Origin: Octopus sinensis
Lineage: Eukaryota
Assembly (NCBI RefSeq): GCF_006345805.1
Contig: NC_043012.1
Coordinates: 12,462,001 to 12,526,000, forward strand
Length of the DNA stretch: 64,000 nucleotides
Direction: 5' to 3'
The notes under the pieces were generated by a model that worked only from the letters and a program-made list of their open reading frames with translations, did not search any database and was not told where the DNA came from. Below are positions 26,967 through 40,416 of the stretch, one piece after another. The translations under genes and the position numbers were made by a program. Numbering within the stretch: position 1 is the stretch's first letter; every line of letters begins with the position of its first letter.

Positions 26967-29833
26967 CATACATATACATACATATACATACATATACATA
27001 TATACATATACATAAACATACATTTGAGCAATGAAAACATAGCAGTCGAGGCTGATATACACAAGAATTATCGAGAAAATATGGAGAGTGATGGAAAAGT
27101 AATATACAGTTATCAATAGACTCACGGAGTAATTATGGACTTTCTTAATAAATAATTCCATTTTAATTAGCAAAAGTGAAGATTACGAAAGATGCTACAT
27201 CGTAGTAAAGAAGGAAAATAAAAGAAAGATTTGGAAATCAATGAAAACGTTTGCTTTTGTAACATGTAGTCTTTAGAAAATACGATTACTTTGTGGTTTA
27301 TGAATTTTCTATATTCTGTTCAAAATAGGAGGTTCGTTTATGAAAAGGGAAAATAGTTGGAATATCCTGAACGTTTAAAGTGTACCGTTATAAAAGGAAA
27401 CTAGTCTTTCAAAAATGTAGATCGTTTAAGAGTTTTAGTCTCAGTTATTCGAGATTTTTGTCTCTCATATCTGCAAATGACGTAATACATATTTATATCA
27501 AGATGAATTAGGCTATCGCCTGATTACGTGAGCGACCACTCTATCAGATGTTGTTATACATAGATGATTACAATGCGCTGATTACAATGACGAGCAGGCC
27601 AACATTCTCCTCTGATCGAAGGCGGGCTGGAGCAACGTGAAATGATGTGTTTTGTTCAAGAGCACAACGCACCGCTCGGTCTGGGAATCGAACCAACAAT
27701 CTAGCATTTGTGAGTGTAACAGTCTAACCACTAGGCCAAGCGCCTTCTCAAATTAGGCAATATTTAGTCTAAAGTCTTTGATGGGGTGCAATGCAGAGCA
27801 GAAAAAGAGCCGAAATCTAAAAGGAAGGTAGAAACAGTGGTTTTCATCTTCGAGAATTAGATGCATTGACACAGGTACTTATATAAGCGCTGACAGGATG
27901 CGAATAACTGGGTTTTTTCACTCAGTATTTCATTATTTCAGTCTTTCGAACAGACTTTTAGAAAATAGTCTACCGCAATCATATCTTGGATGGCAAAGAC
28001 TTTAATTTGCTGTTAAACCTTCCAAATTTATTAACAGGAAATCACTGAAATATTGAAATATCAAATAGGAAAGCGTTAATTTGCTAATAGGATATAGCTA
28101 AATTGCTAATTGTAAAGTGCTAAATTAAAATATTAAATAGGAAAGTATTACAGAAAATGCGAGACGCTAACTTTTCTCATTGTTTGTTGTTACGTGCTTT
28201 AGGCTGAATCAGTTAAATGTAAAATTTCTATCAAACTCTACATAAAACCACTGGTCTTGGTTCTTTGAATGTTCTGAGTTCAAATTCCGCCGAGGTCGAC
28301 TTTGCCTTTCATCCTTTCGGGATCCATTAAATAAGTACCAGTTACGCACTGGGGTCGATGTAATCGACTTAATTCGTTTGTCTGTCCTTGTTTGTTATCT
28401 CTGTGTGTAGCCCCTTGTGGGTAGTAAAGAAATATGAAACTAAACATTCCCTATTGAATGTATTATATTGTGCAAGCGAGGTAGCCTTCAAGTGTTCTTT
28501 GTTAACTAGAAATAGCACGGGCATTGAACTGAATCAAACCAACTGATTTAAAATTTCAATATGAGAATAGACAAAGAGAAAAAGATGCGGCGCACGAAGG
28601 GAGTACTTTGATGAAAAGTTTAGTCAATTTTATCTTGAAAAGATCTTGACGTAGTCAAGACAACATAACAAATATTATAACGTTACACTTGCTTTTTAGG
28701 TATGCATTTAACAATGTTAATGTCAGGAGATAATATTTAGGATAATCTCAAATAATAGCTATCCTAACTAGAAAACGTCTCATGTAGCAACCGTGTGGTC
28801 GTTGTTAAAGTTAGTTACATATTAGTCCTAATGGAACAACTTTTAAGATCAAAGACATTCCAGTCGTGATGCTCCCATATTTTTGATCAGACACAGTCTA
28901 CCTCGGAAGACACTACCCACAGTTGTCTTTTCCTTTTTGAAGAAGTAGAGTGATTAAGAGAGATTTCAATGCTTTTACTAGTAAATTACACGACTACTTA
29001 GTCTCGCTTGGGCACTTGTAGTTATTACAAGCATTCGGATTACATGGCTCTGTTCTCCAATATTTGCTTTGTAAAGATTATCACTGATAAATCAATACAG
29101 CTCGTCTCTAGTGATTTAATCAGATTATAATTGTAATCTGTGAAGCCAGTAACGAGCCAGATGCAGTAGTGCACAGGAGAAAACGCTTGATAGTATTTCT
29201 GTTTCAAACATCAGCATTATAAGTTCAAAATCCTTTCGATATTGACTTCGCATTTCATCCAATGTACCTCATCATCAAACCTCCCACACTATTTCTAAAA
29301 ATAGGAGCCATCCTTGTGAAACAGGCATCGAAGTCTAGATTTAAAGAAAAATGCTTAGTCATTTCCCCGAAGTTCTGTATAAATATCAAAATATGACTTC
29401 TGATAAAGTTTCGATTACGAAATACACGAATTTCTCCTTTCAAATACTGTCTACAAATTCTTTCTGTATATATGCTTATAAATCATCATGAGTTTTGTTG
29501 AACTTATAAATAATTATGAATTTATTTTACTGCCTATTTTGGACACTTTTATGTAAACTTTTTAAACACAAAGCCCCTCTTAACATTTTCTTATCATTGC
29601 CAATGACTCTATCACTGTACGTCAATACGTCTATGTTAACAATTTTTTAACACCACATAGACTATACAAAGCCTTACATTTTAATTTTGAAAATCTATTT
29701 TTAAAAGTGAAACCAGTCAAGTCAGTAAACATCTTTAAAAGAACCTCTGCATTTTCGAATACTCTTCCCTATACATACATACATACATACATACATACAT
29801 ACATACATAAATACATACCTACATACATAGTAC

Positions 29834-29870
<37 letters not shown>

Positions 29871-30291
29871 CACTTAATTTATATACCTAGATATTGTTGT
29901 TCTTTGTTATTATAATATCCAATGGATGTCTTCGACCCAAACGAATTTGGATTAATATTATTTGAGATATATAGAAATATATTTCGATAGTTGTAGATTC
30001 TATTTACTTAATTATTTTGTTATGACTTGTTTTTTTTTATTTGTAATGGTTATGTAGTTGAAAAGTTATCGCTAACGCTCACAAATACATAGGCATTTGA
30101 ATTAGTTTTTTGCAATCATTACAATTTGAAAATATTTTTTGACAATCCTTTCACAAGGAATTTTGTCTGTCTATAAACCGAAGCTCTATAAACCGAAGCT
30201 CTATGTTTATATGAATCGTTTATAGTATTAGTATCGTACTATAGATTAATAACTTGCCGTTTTTACCATAGTAATGTTCCTGTATTATAAA

Positions 30292-30686
30292 CTAGCAGTA
30301 TCGCCCGGCGTTGCTCGGGTTTGTAAGGGAAATAACTATATAAGCATTTTTAGAGAGTTATAACCAAAAAATAGCCAAAAAATGCATTAAAAAATGGAAA
30401 AAAAATTATGGTAATTTTTTTTTTAAATCGTTGACTCATCGTAGACATTTTTAGAGAGTTCCCTTATATAATCGCGAAAAAAATACATTAAAATGGAAAA
30501 AATGATGGTAAATTATTTTTAAAATCGTAGACTCATCGTAGACGCGCGCTAATACTCAGAAGGGCTCGATATGAATCACGACTATGAGATACTCGCTTTT
30601 GGTTACACTGCACCGCAAAATGTGGGAGTAGTTAGGAATATAAATCGTAGGAGACAGACACACAACTTCACTTTTATATATAACGA
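30292..30686 (-). mobile_element. Non-autonomous Helitron, 61 bp upstream of the exon 4 acceptor
   Basis: Same TC...hairpin-CTAG termini and body as the 2529-3043 copy. Confidence 0.75.
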
Positions 30687-30747
30687 TATATTTAGCTTGA
30701 CATATTTTCTTCATTTTTACATCTTTTACATCTTTTGTGTTATCCAG

Positions 30748-30882
30748 GAGAGCATCTGGATGCCTAAATGCATCAAAAGAGGATGGTACCTTCCATTTAA
30801 TACAAATCCTAATGAATATGGAAACTGGAAGCGTCACTACATTACCTGTGTCTGCACTCTAGAATACATAATTCCAGACAAG
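30748..30882 (+). CDS. ECT2L: ECT2L coding exon 4 (ESIWMPKCIKRGWYLPFNTNPNEYGNWKRHYITCVCTLEYIIPDK)
   Basis: tatccAG / GTAAGA; matches recalled ECT2L LWMPKC.KFGW.LP.....NEYGAWKRHYI.C; 135 nt, phase 0-0. Confidence 0.93.
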
Positions 30883-31636
30883 GTAAGAAGCTAATTTTAT
30901 ATATTTTCACGTTGTTAATTTTCGTGTGTTTTTTCTTCGTTTATTCTAAATCTGAATATTATGTCAGTATAATGAGATCGAAGTAGAAATAATTTAAACG
31001 CTAGATAAGGAATTGTGATTGATATAATTGAATAATAGTGTTCAATATGATGTTCATGTATGGTCTCAAACCAATGACGGAATCAAATACAAAATGAAAG
31101 AATATTGAAACGTTTATAACCTTTCCATGAAGCGTTACAGACAAGCTGCAGCGCGCACAATGATGAAGATAAATATATTTTAATAAATCTAATGGCCTCT
31201 CTATGTGTGCTTCTATGCTACTTTTCCAAACATTCACATTTTGATTACATCAGATCTATACCTTCGCATGTATCTTTGGAAAATAAATGAGCTTGAACGA
31301 TAATGATAACCGTGATAACATTTTCCCAAATGCTTCCCCTTTTCCTAAGTACAGACTATACATATTTTTAATATAAGTAATTAATTTTCAAGGCTAGTGT
31401 AAGCTACTACTCAAAAGTATCTTACTGTATATAAGATGTATTTACGCACAAAAAAAAAAAAAAATTGTATCACATATACATTTACATCAATCTTTGTTTT
31501 TATGTCGTTATATACAAAGAAATAAACATTAGACTGAAGGATAACGCAATACTTTTCAGTAGAGTATTGCATAAAACTATTAGAAAAAAGAGAATGAGAG
31601 TAACCTCAACGTTTCGACTTTCTCATCTTGATCACT

Positions 31637-32000
31637 GCTGTGTGGTAAGCAGCTTGCTTACTAACCACATGGTTCCGGGTTCAGTCCCACTGCATGGCAC
31701 CTTGGGCATGTATCTGCTACAATAGCCTCGTGAGTGGATTTGGGAGACGGAAACTGAAAGAAGCCCGTCGTATATATATATATATATTTGTGTGTGTGTC
31801 TGTCTTTTCCCCCACCCATCGATTGACAACCGATATTGGTGTGTTTACGTCACTATAACTTAGCGGTTCGGGAAAATAGACCGATAGAATAAGGATTTAG
31901 CTTGCAAAGAATAACTCCTGGAGTTGATTTGTTTGACAAAAGACGGTGCTCCAGCATGGCCACAGTCAAATGACTGAAACAAATAAAAGAATAAAAGAAA
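31637..32000 (+). mobile_element. SINE family A, ending about 85 nt before exon 5
   Basis: Homologous to 5337-5722. Confidence 0.85.
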
Positions 32001-32084
32001 ATATATATAGGTAAATAGATAGATAGATACACATATACATATATACATATATACATACGTTCATATATACACAAATATTTTCAG

Positions 32085-32169
32085 AATAATCAGCTTAATG
32101 ATAGCACAGATGCCAGGAGACGGAAAAGATCAGCAGCATTTACCAAATACGACTCCTCAGGAACTCAAG
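32085..32169 (+). CDS. ECT2L: ECT2L coding exon 5 (NNQLNDSTDARRRKRSAAFTKYDSSGTQ)
   Basis: tattttcAG / GTAATT; open frame; phase 0-1 bridges exons 4 and 6 exactly; weak sequence similarity. Confidence 0.7.
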
Positions 32170-33518
32170 GTAATTAATTTCAATTTTCTCGCTTTATTGT
32201 TGTCGAATTTACAAACTTTGGAACGTGCCTAATCACAATTTTTTGTCTAATGACCTATTCCATTGAGTGAGGTGAACACCTTTTTATCTGATCAAACTCC
32301 CTGTTCAATATAGTAGCCAGTTATTTTTCACTAAGTTTTGTACCATAATTACAATGAAAGATGTATATTTTGGTTCCTAGATCTCAGAGGAAATATATTA
32401 CCCATTTAAGTTCTCAAAGAAACGATTCATTTGAATGTTTACGTTGATTCTATTGGTTTCCGTTAAAGGCGTTTTTAAACGTATCACTGAACATCTGAAC
32501 AGCCAACGCAGTTCTCTCTAAGTGAACAAAGTAATCTTTACTTTGTTCTGGTATGTTGTTGCATGCTGAATAAAGATGGCAAAAATCCCTTAAACAACAC
32601 ATTAATGTCTTTCGAAGTAGCCAATGTAATTTTTTATTTCAAAATCAGCGGATCATAGGTCTACTTTATTAAGTTATGCTTAACGAGGGAGACATTTTGA
32701 AATCAGTCTTCCTGCTAAAAATTGCAGCCATACTATCCTCATACAACAAAATATTGTTTGAGTAAAAAGGAATGCATGAGACAAAGTAGTTCCTGAATGA
32801 CAAGTAGGTGGAATGTTCACATTTGGATCGTCTTTGACAATGTATCTGCTTTGCCAGAATTCATGTGCCGTTTAAAACAAAGAAAAAACAAACAAGCAAA
32901 AAAATCTTATTATGAACCTGTGTGGAAGACTCTTTGTTATTGCTGTATCTGCTAGGTACAGCGATCCAATACTCTTGAAATTACTCATTAGAGTCTCAGA
33001 TGGCGAAAGATATGTTGAACAATATAATCCTAGATATACAAAACCTAGATGTTTACATCTACAACTTTGAATGATTGTTGACCTGTAGCTAAAACCCCAA
33101 AAACAATAAAACTTTTTTTTTACCTTGTATTTATGCCAATGATAAATATATCACTTGCTTCTGGTAACTTTCTACTGAAATCTGATATTTATTGTGAAAC
33201 AAATAAGCCATACTGACATATTAACCAATTTTTAATTCAATTCCCAATACATCTCTATAGTACGAAGACATACTTCTATCTTGCAAGACAATGTACTGTA
33301 CAACGTAAGTACCGGTTTACCTCAAAAAGAAAAGAAAACATTATTATAACATCAATGAGCATTTTGATGACGTCCATTGCTGTCATATATATCGCTTAAA
33401 TATAAAGACTATCAAAGTCTAGAATCACATTTTGATAGATATATTAAAAGCGACTCGAGATCTATGAAATTATTCACACGTTTATTACTTTGTTAGTTGA
33501 TTCAATGTTTATTTACAG

Positions 33519-33757
33519 GTTCTTTATACAGTATTCGTCCAGCATGGAAAGGTCCTGATTTCAAGCCAAAAGACTTAGAGAAATCCTTTTATGCTTTCGT
33601 CTACGGAGCTGAACAAAATATTCAGAGTACCACCAACTATAAGACCACTCAGCCTTACGCCACAATTTACAACAAGTGGAGGATAAATACGGAAGAAAAC
33701 AGTTATGTCAAAAGCTCTCTCAATATAAGTCATGCAGTTGACCAACTCAGCTCGTTA
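33519..33757 (+). CDS. ECT2L: ECT2L coding exon 6 (GSLYSIRPAWKGP...HAVDQLSSL)
   Basis: tttatttacAG / GTAAGT; IRPAW resembles ECT2L VRPPW; 239 nt, phase 1-0. Confidence 0.8.
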
Positions 33758-34774
33758 GTAAGTCACTCATGCTTAAGATTTATGCTTTGTACCTTGAAGG
33801 CATAACTAATATTATAATATTAATTGCATTAATTAATTGTTGACAACTTCAGTCTTGTTAAAACGTTTTATACGATGCACAGTACACCAGTCCGGTGTTT
33901 TCTGAGTATGTTGAACAGATGAGAACGAATCATCATATTTAATGATAAAAACGGTTTCCAACTGAATGCATTTGTCAAACATCTTTATTTAAGAAAGGAC
34001 TATTGGGATGTGAAATCTGTTTCTCATACACATATTCCATGATTATCGAGGAAGGATAAAACAGAAACGTTAATAAAGAAGTTAGAGAAATGTTAATATA
34101 TTTTAATAGCGTTTTTGGGAATAGTAATATTTGATAATTTGAAAACCACTGCGCTGAAGGCCAAACTTACTTAATGCTAATGTCTAACGTACCTGATGTT
34201 AAAAGAGAAATATAACACATGAACATGGTCGGGAACCAAATAGTTGCAATTTTGACCTTCGTTGAGATTACCATCAGACCCTACATTACTAATTACACCT
34301 TCCTTTGATTACTTACGTAAATCTTCTGGTGGAAATTTTCCACTATTAGACTCTATATAAAAGTAATTCCTCAATAATCATGGAAACAATTTCGTGCATA
34401 GAATATTTTATGTGCTGAATTCCTCAACTCTTATACCTAATTCACTATATCACATATATTATAAGGAGCGTGGATGTCTGTATAGTTAAGAAGTTTGCTT
34501 CGAAATCACGTGGCTTGGAGTTCAGTTCCATTTTCCCGGCGTTTTTGGCAAGTTCTTTTCTTTTACTTTAGGTCATTCCCATATAAGTGAATTTGATCGG
34601 CGGAGATTGTGTGAAACCCGTCGTATATATGTATATATATATTTATATATATAAACACATACATACATACTTACACACAAACACACAGACACACTCATAC
34701 ACACACTCATACACTCACACGCGGACACACAGACACACAGACACACACAAAGACACAGACACACACACATACAC

Positions 34775-34806
<32 letters not shown>

Positions 34807-35072
34807 GTATAAGAAGTAGAAGGGTTCAATAAATCCACACAGATATCAATAAAGCACTCAATGCTAGAAGAATTTCGCTAAATATATCAAAAACATAGGA
34901 ATAAATTCAAGCAGAATTAACATCCAAAGTAATTCATGTATGATAAGTAAATCTAAATATCACCTCGAAGAATTCCAAGGAATTGGGAGTATAAGACAAC
35001 AAGAATGGAGAAAATCGCATATTTAATTGAGTGCACCATTCATAGATAGATAATTTTGATAGATAGATAGAC

Positions 35073-35130
<58 letters not shown>

Positions 35131-36038
35131 GCAGGTAGGTAGGTAGGTAGGTAGGTAGGTAGGTAGGTAGATAGATAGAGATACACACACACGCACACAC
35201 ACATATACATTCATATATGTCAGTGCTTGTGTTTGCATTTGTGGTTGTATCCTAGCCACTTGATCGGTGTTGGTTCCTGCAATTTAGTGGTTCGGTGAAA
35301 GATACATCAGAAAAAATACAGGGCTTGGAAAGAGTACTGAAGTCGTTATATTAAACTGGCTCTGCAAAATGTTGCTTCAACATGGTCGCGGTCCCAGTCA
35401 GAAACAAGCAAAATAATTGTGACCCCCTTCGGTTGTGAATGACCATGAGATTGCACTTAGAAAGTGACCCTCCGAGGGACAAGTCTGGGCAAGGTTGTTT
35501 ATAGAAAACCAGCAGTCGCCCACGCACCCCAACCCCGTCTCTCCACGCCACCGATGTTATCCAAGGGAAAGGCAAAGGCTGATACAGCTTAGCACCAGTG
35601 ACGTCCCAGCTCATTTATTAACGTACAAGTGGCTGAGCACTCCATAGACGCGTGTACTCTTAACGTAGTTCTCGGGGAGATTCAGCATGAGAAAGAGTGC
35701 GATAAGGCTGGCCCTTTGAAGAAACAGGTACAAAAAAAAATACAGGAAGGAGTGAGAGAAAGTTGTGGTGAAAGAGTACAGCAGGTTTCACTACTACCCC
35801 CTGCTGGAGCCTCGTGGAGATTTAGGTGTTTTCACTCAATAAACACTCACAATACACGGTCTGATACGCATAACAAAACTGAAATAGTTACAATTGATAA
35901 TCGATATTAGATCGTTACTCCTTACATGATGGTTGCGAAATCCTGTTCTTCTTTTGACTGAAAATATATTCTGAATAAAGCTGTTATGCTTAATTACTAA
36001 TTTAGCGTGTGTTTTAAATAGTTTTCTTTTATCTGTAG

Positions 36039-36199
36039 AATACTATACAGCAACCGCTAGAAAAAGTAGATTACCGTTCCCGATTGCTGCTGTCAGAAAC
36101 ACAAGCTATAGAAAACTTCAATGAAACTCGTCTGCGGTACCTTATCGAACAGCCCTGGGAATTCAACTGGGATTTGTCCTTTTATAATCCAGTACAAAG
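36039..36199 (+). CDS. ECT2L: ECT2L coding exon 7 (NTIQQPLEKVDYRSRLL...WDLSFYNPVQ)
   Basis: ttttcttttatctgtAG / GTAAAT; open in the required frame; phase 0-2 joins exon 8; little recognisable homology. Confidence 0.68.
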
Positions 36200-36512
36200 G
36201 TAAATGGTTTTACCTTTTTTTTTATTTTGTGTTTGATAATTATTATTGATACTGTTTTTACTGTTGGCTTGACCTTAGTGAAATTGTAATCAGGATGAGA
36301 TAAGAATTTGATAACTTTGTGTGTAAGAAAGTCAAACTCCACTATTCGTTGTTTATATTTAATGCCGAAAAGAAGAGACTTCAATCCATGAATTTATTTA
36401 CATCTCTCAGCTAGTGTGAAAACGCCTGCATGGTCATTCGACCCACAAGAAATAACAGCTAAATTTTCCTTCGATCATCACATCTTACCTTCTTAATAGA
36501 AGGACACTTCAA

Positions 36513-36727
36513 GGCAGCGAGCTAGCAGAATCGTTAGCACGCCGTGTAAAATGCTTAAATGAAATTCGTCCTTCTTTACGTTCTGAGTTCAAATTCAGCC
36601 GTGGTCGCCTTTGTCTTTTATCCTTTCTGAATCGATAAAATAAGTACCGTTTGAGAACGTATGTCGATGTAATCAATTTAGCTCCTTTCCCGAAACTGCT
36701 GGCCTTGTGCCAAAGTTTGAAACCAAT
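36513..36727 (+). mobile_element. SINE family B variant (similar copies at 23155, 25705, 26190, 28268, 45770 and 46040)
   Basis: Shared head, tail ending CCTTGTGCCAAA.TTTGAAACCAATA. Confidence 0.75.
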
Positions 36728-37586
36728 AGAAAAACATTTCAGTTAATGTAGTACTGTATATACAAAAACATTGAGATATCCAAAGTTAGAATGCTTTTTA
36801 TGAGGGCTGTTTTCTTGGAGCTAATCTGGGACTCAGAACCAATATCAGCTGCAATAGCTTCAAAAACAACAAACCAACTAAGACAGTTTCGCTAGCAATA
36901 GTTGGTATTCATTGTAGCGGTAACGCTTCCATTCCACACTGAGTAAACAGGTAAGATTCATGAATTTTTCAAACACTTTTGTAACATAAATGAGGCAAAA
37001 TCAGTGGTAAATAGGAACAGTGTGTTTCTTTACAGAAAGCTTACTTTTAAATTAAAGAGTATCACTATGACCGCAAGCACAATGCTCGTAATATCAACTT
37101 CTATCTTATCATTTAGTCTTCGACTATATTGCCTATTAAGGTATTTCTAAAATCTACAGATATATTCTGCAGCACATGAAAATACAGAAATAAAATAAAA
37201 CCGGAAAAACAGTTATATTATGAAATCGATCTATCCGAATCAATTAAATTCGGTGTGATTGGTTTAAGAGTTGACGGGTACAGTAAAAGAGGGCTTAATG
37301 TCGCTAATGAAATCTAAAGCGAAGACATAAACCAGTTAAAATAATCTTTCTTTTATTATGAACATGAAAATCATCTCTATAAAGTCAGGTTGCTTGCATC
37401 AATTGCATTTAGTTTAGCTTAAAATCAAATGATGTATCCTGGTGTACTGTATTAGGACAAAGATGTATCAATGCATTAATAATTTAACAATCGCGAAAAC
37501 AATGATTTATTTGTCGTGTTTAAACAAGTTTTTTTAACCCGAGTTTATTTCACTAATTATATGCCATCCTGTTATTTCTCAAACAG

Positions 37587-37659
37587 AAAGTCGAACGGAG
37601 TCGTAAACGTTGAATATTCACGCATTGTACTGATATCCTCTAGAATAGCAGGTTACGAG
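37587..37659 (+). CDS. ECT2L: ECT2L coding exon 8 (KSNGVVNVEYSRIVLISSRIAGYE), start of DUF4347 region
   Basis: tttctcaaacAG / GTAAGA; LISSRIAGYE matches recalled ECT2L LISSRIPAYE; phase 2-0. Confidence 0.88.
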
Positions 37660-37841
37660 GTAAGAGTTACTTGAATAAGATTAACAATACGTTCTTCTTG
37701 AAAAGCTGTAGAGTGTCTGGTCAAATAACTTAGCGCAGATATACTCACCAGACACTGGTGTGATACGGATACATACATGCATACCTACGTGCATAAATAC
37801 ATACACAAATTCAAGAATATATTCACACATATATATATATA

Positions 37842-38411
37842 TTGGGTTGTCCGGAAAGTTCGTGCTGATTTATAGTAGCTTACCTTTCGACTTATTTTAT
37901 AACATGGTTAAGTCCATAAAATAGACTTAATTTGACTACACCTCTATTTACAGCACAGTTTAAGCTATCTTTTCGTGGAAGAAGGTTTATGTTCCTATAA
38001 CCTGTGTAAATTCTGTAACCCTTTAAAATGGAAGATAAGAAAGTTCATTTTTGGCACTTGATGCTTTGGGAACCAGACAAAAATTGCTGCAGCTCGGCTG
38101 GGATGTGTTACCCTACCCTCCATATTCACCAGATATTGCTCCTTCGGATTTCCACTTATTCAGGTCTCTGCAGAATAGTCTTAATGGTAAACATTTCAAT
38201 TCCTTGGATGACGTAAAAAGATACCTTGATGAATTCTTTGCCATGAAACCACCTCAAGTCTGGGAAGAGGGTATTTTCAAGTTAAAGGAAAGATGGAGAC
38301 GCATTGTGCAACAGAATGGTTCATATTTGAATGATTAAAAATATAATGGCAAGTATTTATTGACCTCTTCCTTTCCTCAAAAAATCGGTACGAACTTTCC
38401 GGACAACCCAG
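37842..38411 (+). mobile_element. Internally deleted mariner (Mos1-like) element
   Basis: About 30-bp TIRs (TTGGGTTGTCCGGAAAGTTCGT...), TA duplications; N-terminal MEDKKVHF fused to the C-terminal HPPYSPDIAPSDFHLFRSL-type segment (here YPPYSPD). Confidence 0.9.
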
Positions 38412-39033
38412 TACATGAATACATAAATATGCGCGCGCAACCCCCCACCCCCACACTCACATAAGAGAAATTATAGAAGCAACACATCTAGGTAACCAAT
38501 ACAAATTCCAAAGTATACTTTAGATCACAGAACAAATAAATATACAAAGAAGTTTATGTAAGTGAATAAAATTACATATAAAGGTTATATGTAAAATCTA
38601 TGCATCATTTACGTTGGCCGTAAAAGATATCCTTTACCTAAAATTGTATATTTATATTACCTAATAATTTTTACCAAATATATTTACCCCTAAAGTTTGA
38701 AATTTTGAACCTCCATCCAACAATTCATATAAACATCGAATTCTTAATCGATTTGAACTGTTCCTTTGATTTTTGTCTCTTTATTTCTCACTTCTCCATT
38801 TGGTACCGAAACCCAACGTACGTGATGCGTTGTTTTTCAGATAACTTTTGCATGTAATTTTATTCATTAACGTATATAAAATTCTATGTATACATATTTG
38901 TTGTATGCTTTAAACAATGCTTTGGAATTTATATTGATTACTTACATGTGTCTCTTCTATAATTTCTTTTCTTAATACAGCCCATATATTGTGAAGTATA
39001 CTGAAAAACATACTTTATATATATATATATATA

Positions 39034-39190
39034 CTTTATTTAAAGCAGCAGAAAATTCAACAAAACCTGTTACTCAGAGTAACAGGTTTTGTTGAATTTT
39101 CTGCTGCTTTAAATAAAGCATATTACTCTACCACTGGTATTTGAGTACACTTTTTTTCCACCTTGTTTCACATTTATGTGTTTACTCCGG
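39034..39190 (+). mobile_element. Second copy of the 3697-3905 family; perfect 42-bp fold-back (39034-75/39077-118), ribozyme core absent
   Basis: 39077-39190 matches the reverse complement of 3697-3808 with a few substitutions; centre ACTC-A-GAGT; (TA)n on both sides. Confidence 0.75.
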
Positions 39191-39191
39191 T

Positions 39192-39249
<58 letters not shown>

Positions 39250-39297
39250 AAACAAGTCAAGATAGAAAATGCTAAAATAATTTTATAAAGAACATTT

Positions 39298-39334
39298 CAG
39301 TACCGGTTTCGGACGTTTGAGACCTTTTCAACTG
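39298..39334 (-). ncRNA. Degenerate minimal hammerhead motif in a Penelope-like tail
   Basis: Minus strand CAG-UUGAAAA-GGUCUCAAACGUCC-GAAACCGGUA-CUG: palindromic stem III ACCGGU, stem I CAG/CUG, G10.1-C11.1; core deviates at C3 and G8. Confidence 0.45.
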
Positions 39335-39711
39335 TAACTATTAATTAGTTAAATTTAGAAAAATTAAAAGAAAAGCTTTTTTAAAAGACTATTTGTATAG
39401 TGTTCAAATACAAGTGACATTTTCCTTGTTTCTGCCTTTCTCTGTCTCTCTTGTTTACTCTTGTGGGTTCAAGGTCCATGTGAATTCTTGGTAGGGAAGA
39501 AGAAGAAGAGAAGAAGAAGAAGGAGGAGGGGGAGGAGAAGGGGAGAAAGGGAGGAAGAATTTGGGATTGCCTTGATTGTCGTTGGTCAGTGGTGGCTAGC
39601 AGTTCCTGCTGTTCAATTCATGAAAATATTTCTATTGAAAGGTTTGTTTATAGAATTTGCGTAGGTGTTATACTAAAAAGCATTAGTGATAAAGTTAGGA
39701 AGAAGAGGGGG

Positions 39712-39781
39712 AGAAGAAGAAGAAGAAGAAGAAGAAGAAGAAGAAGAAGAAGAAGAAGAAGAAGAAGAAGAAGAAGAAGAA
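39712..39781. repeat. (AGA)n microsatellite
   Basis: Direct reading. Confidence 0.95.
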
Positions 39782-40166
39782 TATGAATGCGTGGAAGTAG
39801 TGGGATGTTGGATGACTTAAAGTTGGCACGTTATGGGTTATAGCTGTGATTGGGGCTAATTTTTAATGGATTCTTAGGAATTAATGTTTGCGTGTGTATT
39901 TGTGTTATTCTAAAGCTGAGGTGTATATTAGGTTTTCGTAGACCCGTTCAGAAGGGGCTTATATTTTGTAATAAAGAGAGTTTCTTAACTTATTCGTTGG
40001 CTCGAGGTTGTATCGTCCCTGAATTGGTAGAGAGGGAAAATCATGAAGCTTGGAGTTTTGTTGTTGGCGCAAATATCTATGTGTAAATGTATAAGATCAC
40101 GATTCCTTATGTGACATAGTAGTTATTATCTTAGTCATTGCCCTATGACATTATTTTCTGTAACAG

Positions 40167-40282
40167 CTTCTATTCAGTGCCACGCATCCCGACGTTCTTC
40201 CATTAATTTACGACTATGATGGTTCTACAGTTGACAGCCTGCGTCTTCAAGTTGAACAATTATTGTCAGGAAGATACGTGAA
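40167..40282 (+). CDS. ECT2L: ECT2L coding exon 9 (LLFSATHPDVLPLIYDYDGSTVDSLRLQVEQLLSGRYVK)
   Basis: tattttctgtaacAG / GTAAGT; DUF4347-like; phase 0-2. Confidence 0.85.
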
Positions 40283-40331
40283 GTAAGTGATGTACAAATA
40301 TTTCAAATCTGTTTACAGCAAACATTATCTG

Positions 40332-40416
<85 letters not shown>

